From the sequence record PV467749.1: a DNA stretch of 64,000 nucleotides; one strand, 5' to 3'. Both the position numbers and the translations under genes were made by a program. The stretch is from a phage. This document shows positions 48,973-57,389 of this stretch, one piece after another (position 1 is the first letter of the stretch; each line of letters opens with the position of its first letter). The notes beneath the pieces are model-generated. The model did no database searches. It worked only from the letters and a program-made list of their open reading frames with translations, and was not told the origin of the DNA.

Positions 48973-49623
48973 TTACATATTATATAATGTGAATGCAGTC
49001 ACTTTACCAGTTGTTGTTAGTTCATTATAAAGATACTCCAAGATTCTCGCACACTCTAAGTATATCTCGATATCATCATGAATAAGTGAGTACTGAAATA
49101 GCTGTTCTTCAGGTAATTTGTATTGACTTCCTTTTAATGAATTGAGAATATCTTTCACATCATCAAGTACTGGGTAAAGTACGAAATCTTCATCATATTT
49201 TGAAGCAATAAATTCAAATCCACCACCATCAGTACTAGATATACCAATCAGTACTTTATCAATCAAGTTAATGTTTATATAACGGTTGTGATTTGGGTGA
49301 ATTGAAATCTCAAACATACGAGTACTGTTACAATCAACATCAATATACAAATATACATCATTGAATTTATAAGTTAAACAACCGTACTCAAGAAAATCAG
49401 AACAAATAATTGATGAGTTTTTTCTTGTCTCTGCGTAATGCATCTTGATATTCTTTTCACGCATAAGTAATTCGAACTTTGCACTAAACTTGCCACCAGC
49501 AAGATAGTTAGTATTAGGACGTTTGTAACTTGCAACTGGTCGGTGGGATGATGTAAAGTATTTTTTTGTGAATCGTTTCTGTTTAGTGAAATATTCTTGA
49601 TAGAACTTACTTCTTTTATTCAT
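48973..49623 (-). CDS. Hypothetical protein inserted between family C members
   Basis: Track ORF 216 aa on the opposite strand; shares the bidirectional hairpin at 48946-48965. Confidence 0.55.
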   Translation of the reverse strand: MNKRSKFYQEYFTKQKRFTKKYFTSSHRPVASYKRPNTNYLAGGKFSAKFELLMREKNIKMHYAETRKNSSIICSDFLEYGCLTYKFNDVYLYIDVDCNSTRMFEISIHPNHNRYININLIDKVLIGISSTDGGGFEFIASKYDEDFVLYPVLDDVKDILNSLKGSQYKLPEEQLFQYSLIHDDIEIYLECARILEYLYNELTTTGKVTAFTLYNM

Positions 49624-49700
49624 GAGTACCTCAATTAAATCGCTGTAAAATTGTACATTATAAAATGATTAAATAAAGTATAACACAAGGAGATTTTATC

Positions 49701-50825
49701 ATGTTACCTTTCGTATTGTTATTTGATTATGGGAACGAAAAACAAGAAAGTTCTTATGATGTTAGTGTATATGGAAACAATAACTACATTTTAAATAAAC
49801 AAACTGGAAACCTTTTTGCATCCGGTGCTGCGGCATTCATGGGTGATAACACAGTTAAGTATTATATTACCCAAATAGAATCAAATGTTCATAGCTGTGA
49901 GATAGGTTTCCTATCATCATGGATAATTAAGAAGGACAAAACTGTTTTCATTTTAGGAAACAAAAGCAGTATAGGATTAACTGGTTCGACAACATCATGG
50001 TTCGAAATTACAAATTTATTTTCTGCTGTTCCTGAAATATGGGACAACCTATTTGAATGTAAAGTTCAATTGGGATATAACTGTATACGTGTTATGACAC
50101 CACTAGGATCAATCTATGCGATTGGTACAAACACTTATGGTGCATTGGGTACTGGTACTACATCCTCATCAACTTCGTTCGTTAAAAGTGGTGCTGTGGA
50201 TGCTGTACGCATGGAATCAACAGAACGTTCAGTGTTCTATCAAAACAGTTCTGGACAATGGTTTGGATGTGGTGATAACACATATGGTATACTAGGTCTA
50301 GGAACTACCGCGAGTCGTGTAAACTCATACACCGCACCAGTATGGACTAATGCAGAAGCTGTTAGCTTCTCTAACCGTGGGATCATATACAGCCTCAATG
50401 GTACTCTATACTCATGTGGTGACAAAGTTAATGGTCAGCTAGGGGATGGATATACACAAAGCATAGACGCTGCCAGGAGCACACCATACACCATAGGAAC
50501 CGCATTCCAAATTGGTAAGGCAATAACATCAGCTACACAAGCATCAGCCAACGTATTCATTGGTAAAGATAATAAGTTCTATGGTACTGGTAGTATTGCT
50601 GCTGGTATAAATGGTAGTACTAGTGCTGCATTAAGTAAAGTTACTGCGTTATCAGCAGCACTACCACCTGACATTACATACAATGATATTATAACATTTA
50701 ATACAGGGACCGTAACTTTTATTCAAGCAAAAGGACAACTATATTATGTTGGTAGAAGAACTTACATAGATAATAGTTCAGACGTTACCACACAGTTCAG
50801 TGTAATTGGTGGCTTAGATAATTAA
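49701..50825 (+). CDS. RCC1-repeat-like protein, family C member 16
   Basis: MLPFVLLFDYGN; GDKVNGQLGDGY, GDNTYGILGLGT; different upstream region. Confidence 0.65.
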   Translation: MLPFVLLFDYGNEKQESSYDVSVYGNNNYILNKQTGNLFASGAAAFMGDNTVKYYITQIESNVHSCEIGFLSSWIIKKDKTVFILGNKSSIGLTGSTTSWFEITNLFSAVPEIWDNLFECKVQLGYNCIRVMTPLGSIYAIGTNTYGALGTGTTSSSTSFVKSGAVDAVRMESTERSVFYQNSSGQWFGCGDNTYGILGLGTTASRVNSYTAPVWTNAEAVSFSNRGIIYSLNGTLYSCGDKVNGQLGDGYTQSIDAARSTPYTIGTAFQIGKAITSATQASANVFIGKDNKFYGTGSIAAGINGSTSAALSKVTALSAALPPDITYNDIITFNTGTVTFIQAKGQLYYVGRRTYIDNSSDVTTQFSVIGGLDN

Positions 50826-50830
50826 AATTA

Positions 50831-50860
50831 ATCCAGTACTATTATAGTACTGGATTTTTT
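50831..50860. terminator. Bidirectional terminator at end of family C array
   Basis: ATCCAGTACTattatAGTACTGGAT then T6; lies between convergent genes. Confidence 0.55.
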
Positions 50861-50861
50861 A

Positions 50862-51233
50862 TTATAACATACGTTTTTTACGAATAGTATTGTGGATATT
50901 TTTTAAGTAGTTCACACCTTTACACAACCCATAAAATACACCAGCACATACACCAAATGCAGGTATCATACATGCAAACATCGTTATCAATTCCCACATC
51001 TCCATGCCATCTTGATTCGGTCCAAGGTCAAAGATAACAACCGAAACCAAACCTGTGATACTTAGCATATAATATGCCATGAAGATAATAAAAGAAACAA
51101 TACCAACATCAGAGCGAACTGAATTTAGCATATTATATACTGGGGTTACACAGAAGTAATACAATAACCAAATCAAAGAACCTAAACTAAACACAATAAT
51201 AGTAATGATCGAAAATATTTCACGATAACTCAT
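50862..51233 (-). CDS. Family D small polytopic membrane protein
   Basis: Track ORF 123 aa; 3-4 hydrophobic segments; basic C-terminal tail. Confidence 0.55.
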   Translation of the reverse strand: MSYREIFSIITIIVFSLGSLIWLLYYFCVTPVYNMLNSVRSDVGIVSFIIFMAYYMLSITGLVSVVIFDLGPNQDGMEMWELITMFACMIPAFGVCAGVFYGLCKGVNYLKNIHNTIRKKRML

Positions 51234-51234
51234 T

Positions 51235-51597
51235 TTAGTTCCTCTTACCTAAACGCTCATGGATTTCGGAAATCTTATTATACATCCATGCCAGCAACTC
51301 AACGGATGCACAGAGAATAACCACACACAGTGTTAGTGAACATACCATAATACCAAATGTTATAAAATTCGAACTCGATGTTAATAATGCAACCAGCATT
51401 AGAATAAAACCAAAATTGAATGCTGTACTCAACACAGTATATGCTGGACTATATCTCCTTTGTATTACATCATATATATTTGATAATGGTCGCTTATGGA
51501 AGTACTTCCCAATGCACACGAATGCATTCAGTGAGAAGATAAATGTATACGCCATTACCATTAATTGACCAATAAAAGATAATTCAATATTATTCAT
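51235..51597 (-). CDS. Family D small membrane protein
   Basis: Track ORF 120 aa; hydrophobic segments. Confidence 0.55.
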   Translation of the reverse strand: MNNIELSFIGQLMVMAYTFIFSLNAFVCIGKYFHKRPLSNIYDVIQRRYSPAYTVLSTAFNFGFILMLVALLTSSSNFITFGIMVCSLTLCVVILCASVELLAWMYNKISEIHERLGKRN

Positions 51598-51598
51598 G

Positions 51599-51970
51599 TT
51601 ATCCTCGTTTGCGGTATTTGATGCTTTGGTGCATTCTCTGAAAATGTGGAACTAATACATATTGTACGGTTTGCCAAATTACCATCAGATTATGGACAGC
51701 ACCACCGAGTAGACCAAACACTACACAGATAATTGCCAGTACTGGATCACCATCTACCATACCCCATTTGAATATATGTAAAATCCATACAGTGATAAGT
51801 AGTAATAAACTAATCCAATACGTAGTAAAAAATCCTGCATGTAATTCATAGTCATCAGCAATTTCATCGTATACGGTTTCCAAGAAGGATACACAGAAGA
51901 ACTTGCCAATAATAATAATTGTACTAATAAACAACATAGCAGTTAATATAATAAGTGCAATTTCCATCAC
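51599..51970 (-). CDS. Family D small membrane protein
   Basis: Track ORF 123 aa. Confidence 0.55.
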   Translation of the reverse strand: MMEIALIILTAMLFISTIIIIGKFFCVSFLETVYDEIADDYELHAGFFTTYWISLLLLITVWILHIFKWGMVDGDPVLAIICVVFGLLGGAVHNLMVIWQTVQYVLVPHFQRMHQSIKYRKRG

Positions 51971-52281
51971 ATCCCTCGTTTACGCTTTTGATTGCGTCTA
52001 AATTCGGTTAGCCCACGACTAATCGGTGGCATCAGACTACATAAAAAAATAACAGTTGTTGGTAATAACATGAAGTCAATCATTGCTGTATTAACAGGTG
52101 GATCACATACCAAATAATACAAACAAGTAATACTAATTATGGTTGACCCAATAAAAGGAATACAAAATTCTTTTATCTGTTTTTCAACATAATCAAACAT
52201 CTTCAATACAAATAAAAATCCAACCCAACACATAATAAAATAGAATGAATAAAGCGTGTAAATCAATGTTACGATATCCAT
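51967..52281 (-). CDS. Family D small membrane protein
   Basis: Track ORF 104 aa. Confidence 0.55.
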   Translation of the reverse strand: MDIVTLIYTLYSFYFIMCWVGFLFVLKMFDYVEKQIKEFCIPFIGSTIISITCLYYLVCDPPVNTAMIDFMLLPTTVIFLCSLMPPISRGLTEFRRNQKRKRGM

Positions 52282-52619
52282 TAGTACCTCGCATCAGGAA
52301 CTTTAGCACGTAATTTATGAACGACTGGGAACAACAACAAACTTACATATGCAATAGTTGAACCCCAATAGAATACTAATATAATTGGTTCACCATTGGA
52401 ACGGAACCCTCTACTAATCATTGAGTAGTGAATAATAGGCATGAACATCGCCATACCAAACCATGCGTGTAATTTTAATTGCAGCATGTTATCAGAGATG
52501 AATACTGAAATTGGTCGTTTGAAGAACCACATCAGAAAGTAGAATCCAGCACTAAGGATATAGTACATAGTACTAACTTTCATATACCACGGCAGTAAGT
52601 GTAAAAAATATTCCATCAT
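52281..52619 (-). CDS. Family D small membrane protein
   Basis: Track ORF 112 aa; C-terminal KLRAKVPDARY. Confidence 0.55.
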   Translation of the reverse strand: MMEYFLHLLPWYMKVSTMYYILSAGFYFLMWFFKRPISVFISDNMLQLKLHAWFGMAMFMPIIHYSMISRGFRSNGEPIILVFYWGSTIAYVSLLLFPVVHKLRAKVPDARY

Positions 52620-52963
52620 TCCTCCGGTATCTTGTTTCGAAGTTCAATCATAACACAACAAAGTTTAATGGTCAAGTAAAAAACTACACATATCATACCC
52701 AATGTACCGTAAACTGCGGAGAATGCTGGCAGTACCTTTCCTGTGAGTGTTGCTACAATACATGCTATCAATGTTGATGCAAACAACGATTGATTAATGA
52801 AAGAATTCATAAAATCTTCACCATTACGCTTATAGAATTGTCGTTTAAAATACCATCCTAGAAACATAACTACCCAAAATGTTACATAACCTGTTAGAAT
52901 AATCCCTGCAATTGAATGTGCAACAGAACTACTCTTTAAAAACTCAAGATAAGATTCAAACAT
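52616..52963 (-). CDS. Family D small membrane protein
   Basis: Track ORF 115 aa; C-terminal ELRNKIPEE. Confidence 0.55.
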   Translation of the reverse strand: MFESYLEFLKSSSVAHSIAGIILTGYVTFWVVMFLGWYFKRQFYKRNGEDFMNSFINQSLFASTLIACIVATLTGKVLPAFSAVYGTLGMICVVFYLTIKLCCVMIELRNKIPEE

Positions 52964-53301
52964 TAGAAGTCCCCACGAATTTTTGCTCTACCATTAATGA
53001 TGAGATTAAACAAGTATATCAGCACCCAAATTAGTAATCCAAGGAATACAATATATTGTGATATTGAGTTCAACTGTGGATTAGCACAATAAATTAAGTG
53101 TGCGATAAGACCAACAATTGCAAACATACCTTGGATAATAGTGAAAAGAAGTAGTGAAATGTTTCCATCTGGATACAGTTTGAAAACGATTTTCTTTTTA
53201 AAATACCATAGTACTACAACTAGTGCATGATAAAAGAAAAAACCAAACAGATAAATCAAAGTAATACTAAGCATTGTATCTGAATTAAAAAACTCAAGCA
53301 T
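52963..53301 (-). CDS. Family D small membrane protein
   Basis: Track ORF 112 aa. Confidence 0.55.
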   Translation of the reverse strand: MLEFFNSDTMLSITLIYLFGFFFYHALVVVLWYFKKKIVFKLYPDGNISLLLFTIIQGMFAIVGLIAHLIYCANPQLNSISQYIVFLGLLIWVLIYLFNLIINGRAKIRGDF

Positions 53302-53368
53302 ATCGTATCTCCGGTGGTGAATATTAAGTTATAGTACTACACTATGGTAGTACTGTCAATACATGTAA

Positions 53369-54142
53369 TTAAATTTTCTCAAGGAACATGTTTTCTGCCA
53401 TTGACTCCCAATCATATGGAAATTTATTATACAGACCAGCGATCAGTACTGGCATACGCAGAGAAGGTGAACGCAGCTTTTCTTCGTTGTTCAGCATCCA
53501 GTTTAAGATAGCTTTACAACCATTTTTATTAACCCCATTGTTCTCAAGAATATTAGTCTTGTTCATGATGTTCTCAATGTGAATCATAACTTCTTCGTTA
53601 GTGAACAGTTGAAGATCAACAAAGATACTACGAGTAATCAGTGCATCAATGTGTGGTGCTAAACTGCTTTTACCTTTAGCAATCTGTGACAGGTTTTTGT
53701 TCGTCAGGAAGATTACCTTCCCACGGAATTCAAACTGCTTAGGAATACCCTGCTGTTCCAGGTACTTCCCAGAAGTTGCATAAGATACAACCCGCTTCTC
53801 TGAAGTATCCAGTACTGCTTTGAGCAAGTCAATGTTGGTTTCATCGCTGAAGATATCAACGTCATCAAGTAACAGTACTGAAGCGGCATGACGTGAACGA
53901 TACAGTGCTTCGTACAAACCCATAGTGGTTACTTTACCGCTGATCTTTTTGTAGTCGATTTCAAAGTTATCATCAGCTTTCTGTAAACGCTGGTCAACGT
54001 TGTAAGTTTTACCAACACCACCTTTACCAGATACAATCAGGGAATTGATTGAATTAGCTTGGGTATCAAGTAAACATTCCAAAGCTGCCATCATGCTGTT
54101 GAAGTTCTTTTCGATTTGGATTGCTTTCTCTGTACGGGTCAT
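53369..54142 (-). CDS. P-loop NTPase
   Basis: Walker A SGKGGVGKT (KGGxxGK[ST] form) and Walker B-like VLLLDDVD; promoter with -35 inside upstream terminator hairpin. Confidence 0.55.
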   Translation of the reverse strand: MTRTEKAIQIEKNFNSMMAALECLLDTQANSINSLIVSGKGGVGKTYNVDQRLQKADDNFEIDYKKISGKVTTMGLYEALYRSRHAASVLLLDDVDIFSDETNIDLLKAVLDTSEKRVVSYATSGKYLEQQGIPKQFEFRGKVIFLTNKNLSQIAKGKSSLAPHIDALITRSIFVDLQLFTNEEVMIHIENIMNKTNILENNGVNKNGCKAILNWMLNNEEKLRSPSLRMPVLIAGLYNKFPYDWESMAENMFLEKI

Positions 54143-54180
54143 GTATTCATCCTCTCGTCTTGATGAAATAATTATAGCAA

Positions 54181-54210
54181 AAAGGGCTGACCGAAGTCAA
54201 CCCTTTTTTC
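54181..54210 (-). terminator. Terminator-promoter module between HNH and NTPase genes
   Basis: Minus: GGGTTGACT-TCGG-TCAGCCC, T-run, then TATAAT 18 nt after the TTGACT inside the stem. Confidence 0.6.
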
Positions 54211-54610
54211 TTTCAATCAAACATAGTCTACCAGAATGTACCATGCGATGGTGATTAGAACAAAGAATCATACACTTTCGAATTTCATCTTTGATAGCAT
54301 CTCGACTTTTACTGAACATAGAACTTGGTGTATGTTCTTTGGTATTAGGGTCAAGATGGTGAAAGTCTAAACATTCTGGATACTTCATCATACAAACACT
54401 ACAACCATAAAATGATTTAACTCTGGTCATGAAATCTTTATTTTTTCTTTTGATTTCTTCAAGTTTTTTGACATCAGTTTTTTTATTTCTGGTTTTCTTA
54501 CTGGTAATATTACTACAACCTTTGCATGTATTTCTATGTTTCCCAGTATCACTTCTTATACCAAATTCACTAATGTCTTTTTCAATATTACACGTGATAC
54601 ACTTCTTCAT
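54197..54610 (-). CDS. HNH endonuclease
   Basis: N-terminal Cys pairs (CITC, CKGC); C-terminal CLDFHHLDP...ILCSNHHRMVH; stop codon lies inside the terminator stem. Confidence 0.7.
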   Translation of the reverse strand: MKKCITCNIEKDISEFGIRSDTGKHRNTCKGCSNITSKKTRNKKTDVKKLEEIKRKNKDFMTRVKSFYGCSVCMMKYPECLDFHHLDPNTKEHTPSSMFSKSRDAIKDEIRKCMILCSNHHRMVHSGRLCLIERKKG

Positions 54611-54912
54611 TGTTTAATCCATTTATTCAACAATGCACCCAACTTCACAATCTCATACCCATCCAGATAGCCATAGGAACACTCAGGTGTTTCATAAGTT
54701 GAACCATCATGGATACCTTGGCATTGGCTTTTGGAACGTTCAAGCAATCGTTGCAGTACTGATACGTCATCAAGAACGTAATACAAGTTAGCATATGGGT
54801 CCGTCACAATACAGTACTTAAACATACCAAATGTATCAATCGATTTTTCAACCTTAGCAAATTGTTTCTTTTCTTTATTATACAGTGCGTACATATTAAT
54901 CTCCACAATCAA
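54607..54912 (-). CDS. Hypothetical protein
   Basis: Track ORF 101 aa; overlaps 3' end of upstream kinase-like gene by 17 nt. Confidence 0.45.
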   Translation of the reverse strand: MIVEINMYALYNKEKKQFAKVEKSIDTFGMFKYCIVTDPYANLYYVLDDVSVLQRLLERSKSQCQGIHDGSTYETPECSYGYLDGYEIVKLGALLNKWIKQ

Positions 54913-55267
54913 GTTTAACTAACTTACCACCCAGATACCCAAAGTTTTCTGGCTTCGCATCTGAATAGAAGAAGTCAGTACTCAACTCTGAATCCAATGC
55001 TAAAGCACACAACTCCACCCAAAATAAACCCCTATGTTGTACTGGCTTACAACGTTTCTGTACAGTTACTAGTCCAGTACATGATGACCACAACGTAGGG
55101 CAGATACCACTATCACTACGCTTGGAGTACTGCATCCAAGAACGTTCATTGAGGTTAGCTATCATCCCTGTTAAGAATAGCTTCCAACTTTTAAAGGTTG
55201 GAATCTTGATAGCATATTCCCCAATGAGTATGACAGTTCGGGTTGCACCTTTCAAATCTATATTCAT
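54896..55267 (-). CDS. Small protein-kinase-like protein (motif-level)
   Basis: AIK lysine motif, SDAKPENFG catalytic-loop-like segment, terminal KLDCGD (DFG-like); ends right after the DFG-like motif. Confidence 0.4.
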   Translation of the reverse strand: MNIDLKGATRTVILIGEYAIKIPTFKSWKLFLTGMIANLNERSWMQYSKRSDSGICPTLWSSCTGLVTVQKRCKPVQHRGLFWVELCALALDSELSTDFFYSDAKPENFGYLGGKLVKLDCGD

Positions 55268-55276
55268 ATTTTTTAA

Positions 55277-55528
55277 TTAGAAGAACACAAACCAAGTCCA
55301 GAATAAATTCCACACTACAAATAAAGACATAGTGGTTTTATGTACAATATCAGCAGTACTGGTCCATCCTCCACCGTGTCCTATTCCATTTATGAATAGA
55401 ACTAAGAACAAGATACCATTTACTACAATAGTACATAGTAAGTACACAAACACATTCCATGCAAGTTCAGGGGATACTAACGTAAATGGTAAAACAATTA
55501 GTAGTATTAGAACTAATAAAATTTTCAT
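55277..55528 (-). CDS. Small membrane protein
   Basis: Track ORF 83 aa; strongly hydrophobic, Trp-rich C-terminus. Confidence 0.5.
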   Translation of the reverse strand: MKILLVLILLIVLPFTLVSPELAWNVFVYLLCTIVVNGILFLVLFINGIGHGGGWTSTADIVHKTTMSLFVVWNLFWTWFVFF

Positions 55529-55556
55529 TTATCGCCTCACTTAATTAACGTGACAA

Positions 55557-55733
55557 TTAGTACGAATCAGATTCCCAGTACTCGATTGCTTCTTTCAGCA
55601 ATTCTTTAGCACGTTGTTTTGCAATGCGAGCGGGTAACAGATATGTGTACATTAACTGACGCTTCACTTCATTCAGTGAAAGCTGTTCATGGTACAGTGC
55701 ATCCATCAGTCGATTACGAGTACGTAGTTTCAT
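55557..55733 (-). CDS. Hypothetical small protein (58 aa, not in track)
   Basis: Manual translation MKLRTRNRLMDALYHEQLSLNEVKRQLMYTYLLPARIAKQRAKELLKEAIEYWESDSY. Confidence 0.35.
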   Translation of the reverse strand: MKLRTRNRLMDALYHEQLSLNEVKRQLMYTYLLPARIAKQRAKELLKEAIEYWESDSY

Positions 55734-55744
55734 ATAAGTTATCC

Positions 55745-56299
55745 TTATTTCAAAGAATCATAGTAAGCAGTGTCAAAGATTGGAGTCATAATAACATAGT
55801 CAATACGGTCAATGTAAGTTGAACTCCACATTTCTGGTTTGTCATAAAATTGACGCTCGCGTTCATTCATACGAGTCAGTACTTCTTCCAATTTACTACG
55901 TGAAGCCATCAATGTATTACGCGATCCATAAGTGAAGTACTCAGTCCATTGATATTCATATTCAGTACTGATAGATTGAATAGTACCATCTTTGAAATGA
56001 GCTAAGGCATATCCTTTCTCTACAAAGTTATCAGGTGGAAGAACACTATCTGGATTAGTTTTCAATGCTTTGGTTAACTTTTCTTTAATTTCAGTTAACG
56101 TGCATACTGAACGAATGTTCTTCAGGTTTGATACTTGAAAATCACTGTACTTTCCAAAGAAAAATACACGCCAATCTTTAGGTTCATTATCAGATACGGT
56201 AATATTCGGATGATGGGCGAGTAAACGAAGAAGGCCAGCTTTGTGACCGTTAATGTAGATCTCATGGATGTGGTTAGCAGTTTTCTTAAAAGTAATCAT
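55745..56299 (-). CDS. Hypothetical protein
   Basis: Track ORF trimmed to MITFKKTANH behind GAGGAA RBS and leader hairpin GGGGATGA/TCATCCCC. Confidence 0.55.
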   Translation of the reverse strand: MITFKKTANHIHEIYINGHKAGLLRLLAHHPNITVSDNEPKDWRVFFFGKYSDFQVSNLKNIRSVCTLTEIKEKLTKALKTNPDSVLPPDNFVEKGYALAHFKDGTIQSISTEYEYQWTEYFTYGSRNTLMASRSKLEEVLTRMNERERQFYDKPEMWSSTYIDRIDYVIMTPIFDTAYYDSLK

Positions 56300-56374
56300 G
56301 ACAATTCCTCGATTGTGGGATGAGAAGTTCATCCCCTTGATAAACATTATACAGTACTGAATGAGTTTGTCAAC

Positions 56375-56755
56375 TCAAAATAAATTCATTTCATGTGCGT
56401 ATTGTGGTTCAAGATGCGATAAGTTTTTGAAGCTTTCTTTCAACTCAGCATCATCTACATACACCGTGCCTGGTACATTCCCCATAGTGAAACCTACCCA
56501 CACAGTCATGTCACCAGTCCCTAAGCGTGGCATTGATAGCGAACCATCAGGTGAAACATCAAACGCTACACTGAAGTCATCAGTAACAACGTCAGAACCA
56601 TTTTCGAGAATAATACATCCACTATCTTTAAGCTTCTGAATGTGGATAGCAGCCTCTACAGCACGTTTGAAGTTATAGTAAGACTCTTTATCCTCAAACA
56701 TTGATTGTTTAATCAGACGCTTGTTTAGCTCGGTTACTTTGTGCATTTGACGCAT
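56375..56755 (-). CDS. Hypothetical protein
   Basis: Track ORF 126 aa. Confidence 0.5.
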   Translation of the reverse strand: MRQMHKVTELNKRLIKQSMFEDKESYYNFKRAVEAAIHIQKLKDSGCIILENGSDVVTDDFSVAFDVSPDGSLSMPRLGTGDMTVWVGFTMGNVPGTVYVDDAELKESFKNLSHLEPQYAHEMNLF

Positions 56756-57012
56756 TACTTATCCATCTCCCACAGTTGTAGAATTTCATAAGAGCCTGGT
56801 GGTGCTGGATTCCTGATCTCAGGGAATTGAGTACTTTTAGGATTTCCACCAGCATTAAATTCGTCAAGTAATGATTCCAGTTCGCGACGATCCTGAACAA
56901 CATAAACACAATCACCTGAACCTTCTTCGAGAATCATTTCACTTCCTGCACAATCCCATACTGTTGAGATACATAGAATCTCTTTTGTATTTTTATTACG
57001 CAATGCAAACAT
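56755..57012 (-). CDS. Hypothetical protein
   Basis: Track ORF 85 aa. Confidence 0.5.
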   Translation of the reverse strand: MFALRNKNTKEILCISTVWDCAGSEMILEEGSGDCVYVVQDRRELESLLDEFNAGGNPKSTQFPEIRNPAPPGSYEILQLWEMDK

Positions 57013-57020
57013 AGCACCCC

Positions 57021-57389
57021 CTATCGATTTGGCATTTTATCTCGTAATCTAATGAGATAATCAACCACAGACCATGTTGAAATGAAAGTGATATAAGTAC
57101 CGAAGAATCCTACCAGAATAAAGGCAACAAGTGTACTCCCATTTGGATCTTCAGCTTTAATACCGATGATACCATCAAATACAGTGAAAAATGTAGACAT
57201 ACACGTTAAACAGATGTACATCACCAATAAGAATTCATGTTTCAATGATGGATATAAACGGTCAAAGAGTTTATAAAATTTAAAGTACAGTAGGAGTATA
57301 CCAACAAAGACATAGAAAGTAAACAGTGTTGTTATGATATATGATATTAAATTTAAATTATACATCTCAACGCTCCGGTAGATTATCAC
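57021..57389 (-). CDS. Family D-related small membrane protein
   Basis: Track ORF 122 aa; FKFYKLFDRLYP motif; C-terminal RLRDKMPNR. Confidence 0.55.
   Translation of the reverse strand: MIIYRSVEMYNLNLISYIITTLFTFYVFVGILLLYFKFYKLFDRLYPSLKHEFLLVMYICLTCMSTFFTVFDGIIGIKAEDPNGSTLVAFILVGFFGTYITFISTWSVVDYLIRLRDKMPNR

Noticed and set aside
53369-54142. Calling the NTPase a terminase large subunit or DNA packaging ATPase
   Set aside because: Too short (257 aa) and lacks a nuclease domain; the Walker A is of the KGGxxGK type rather than a terminase-type P-loop.
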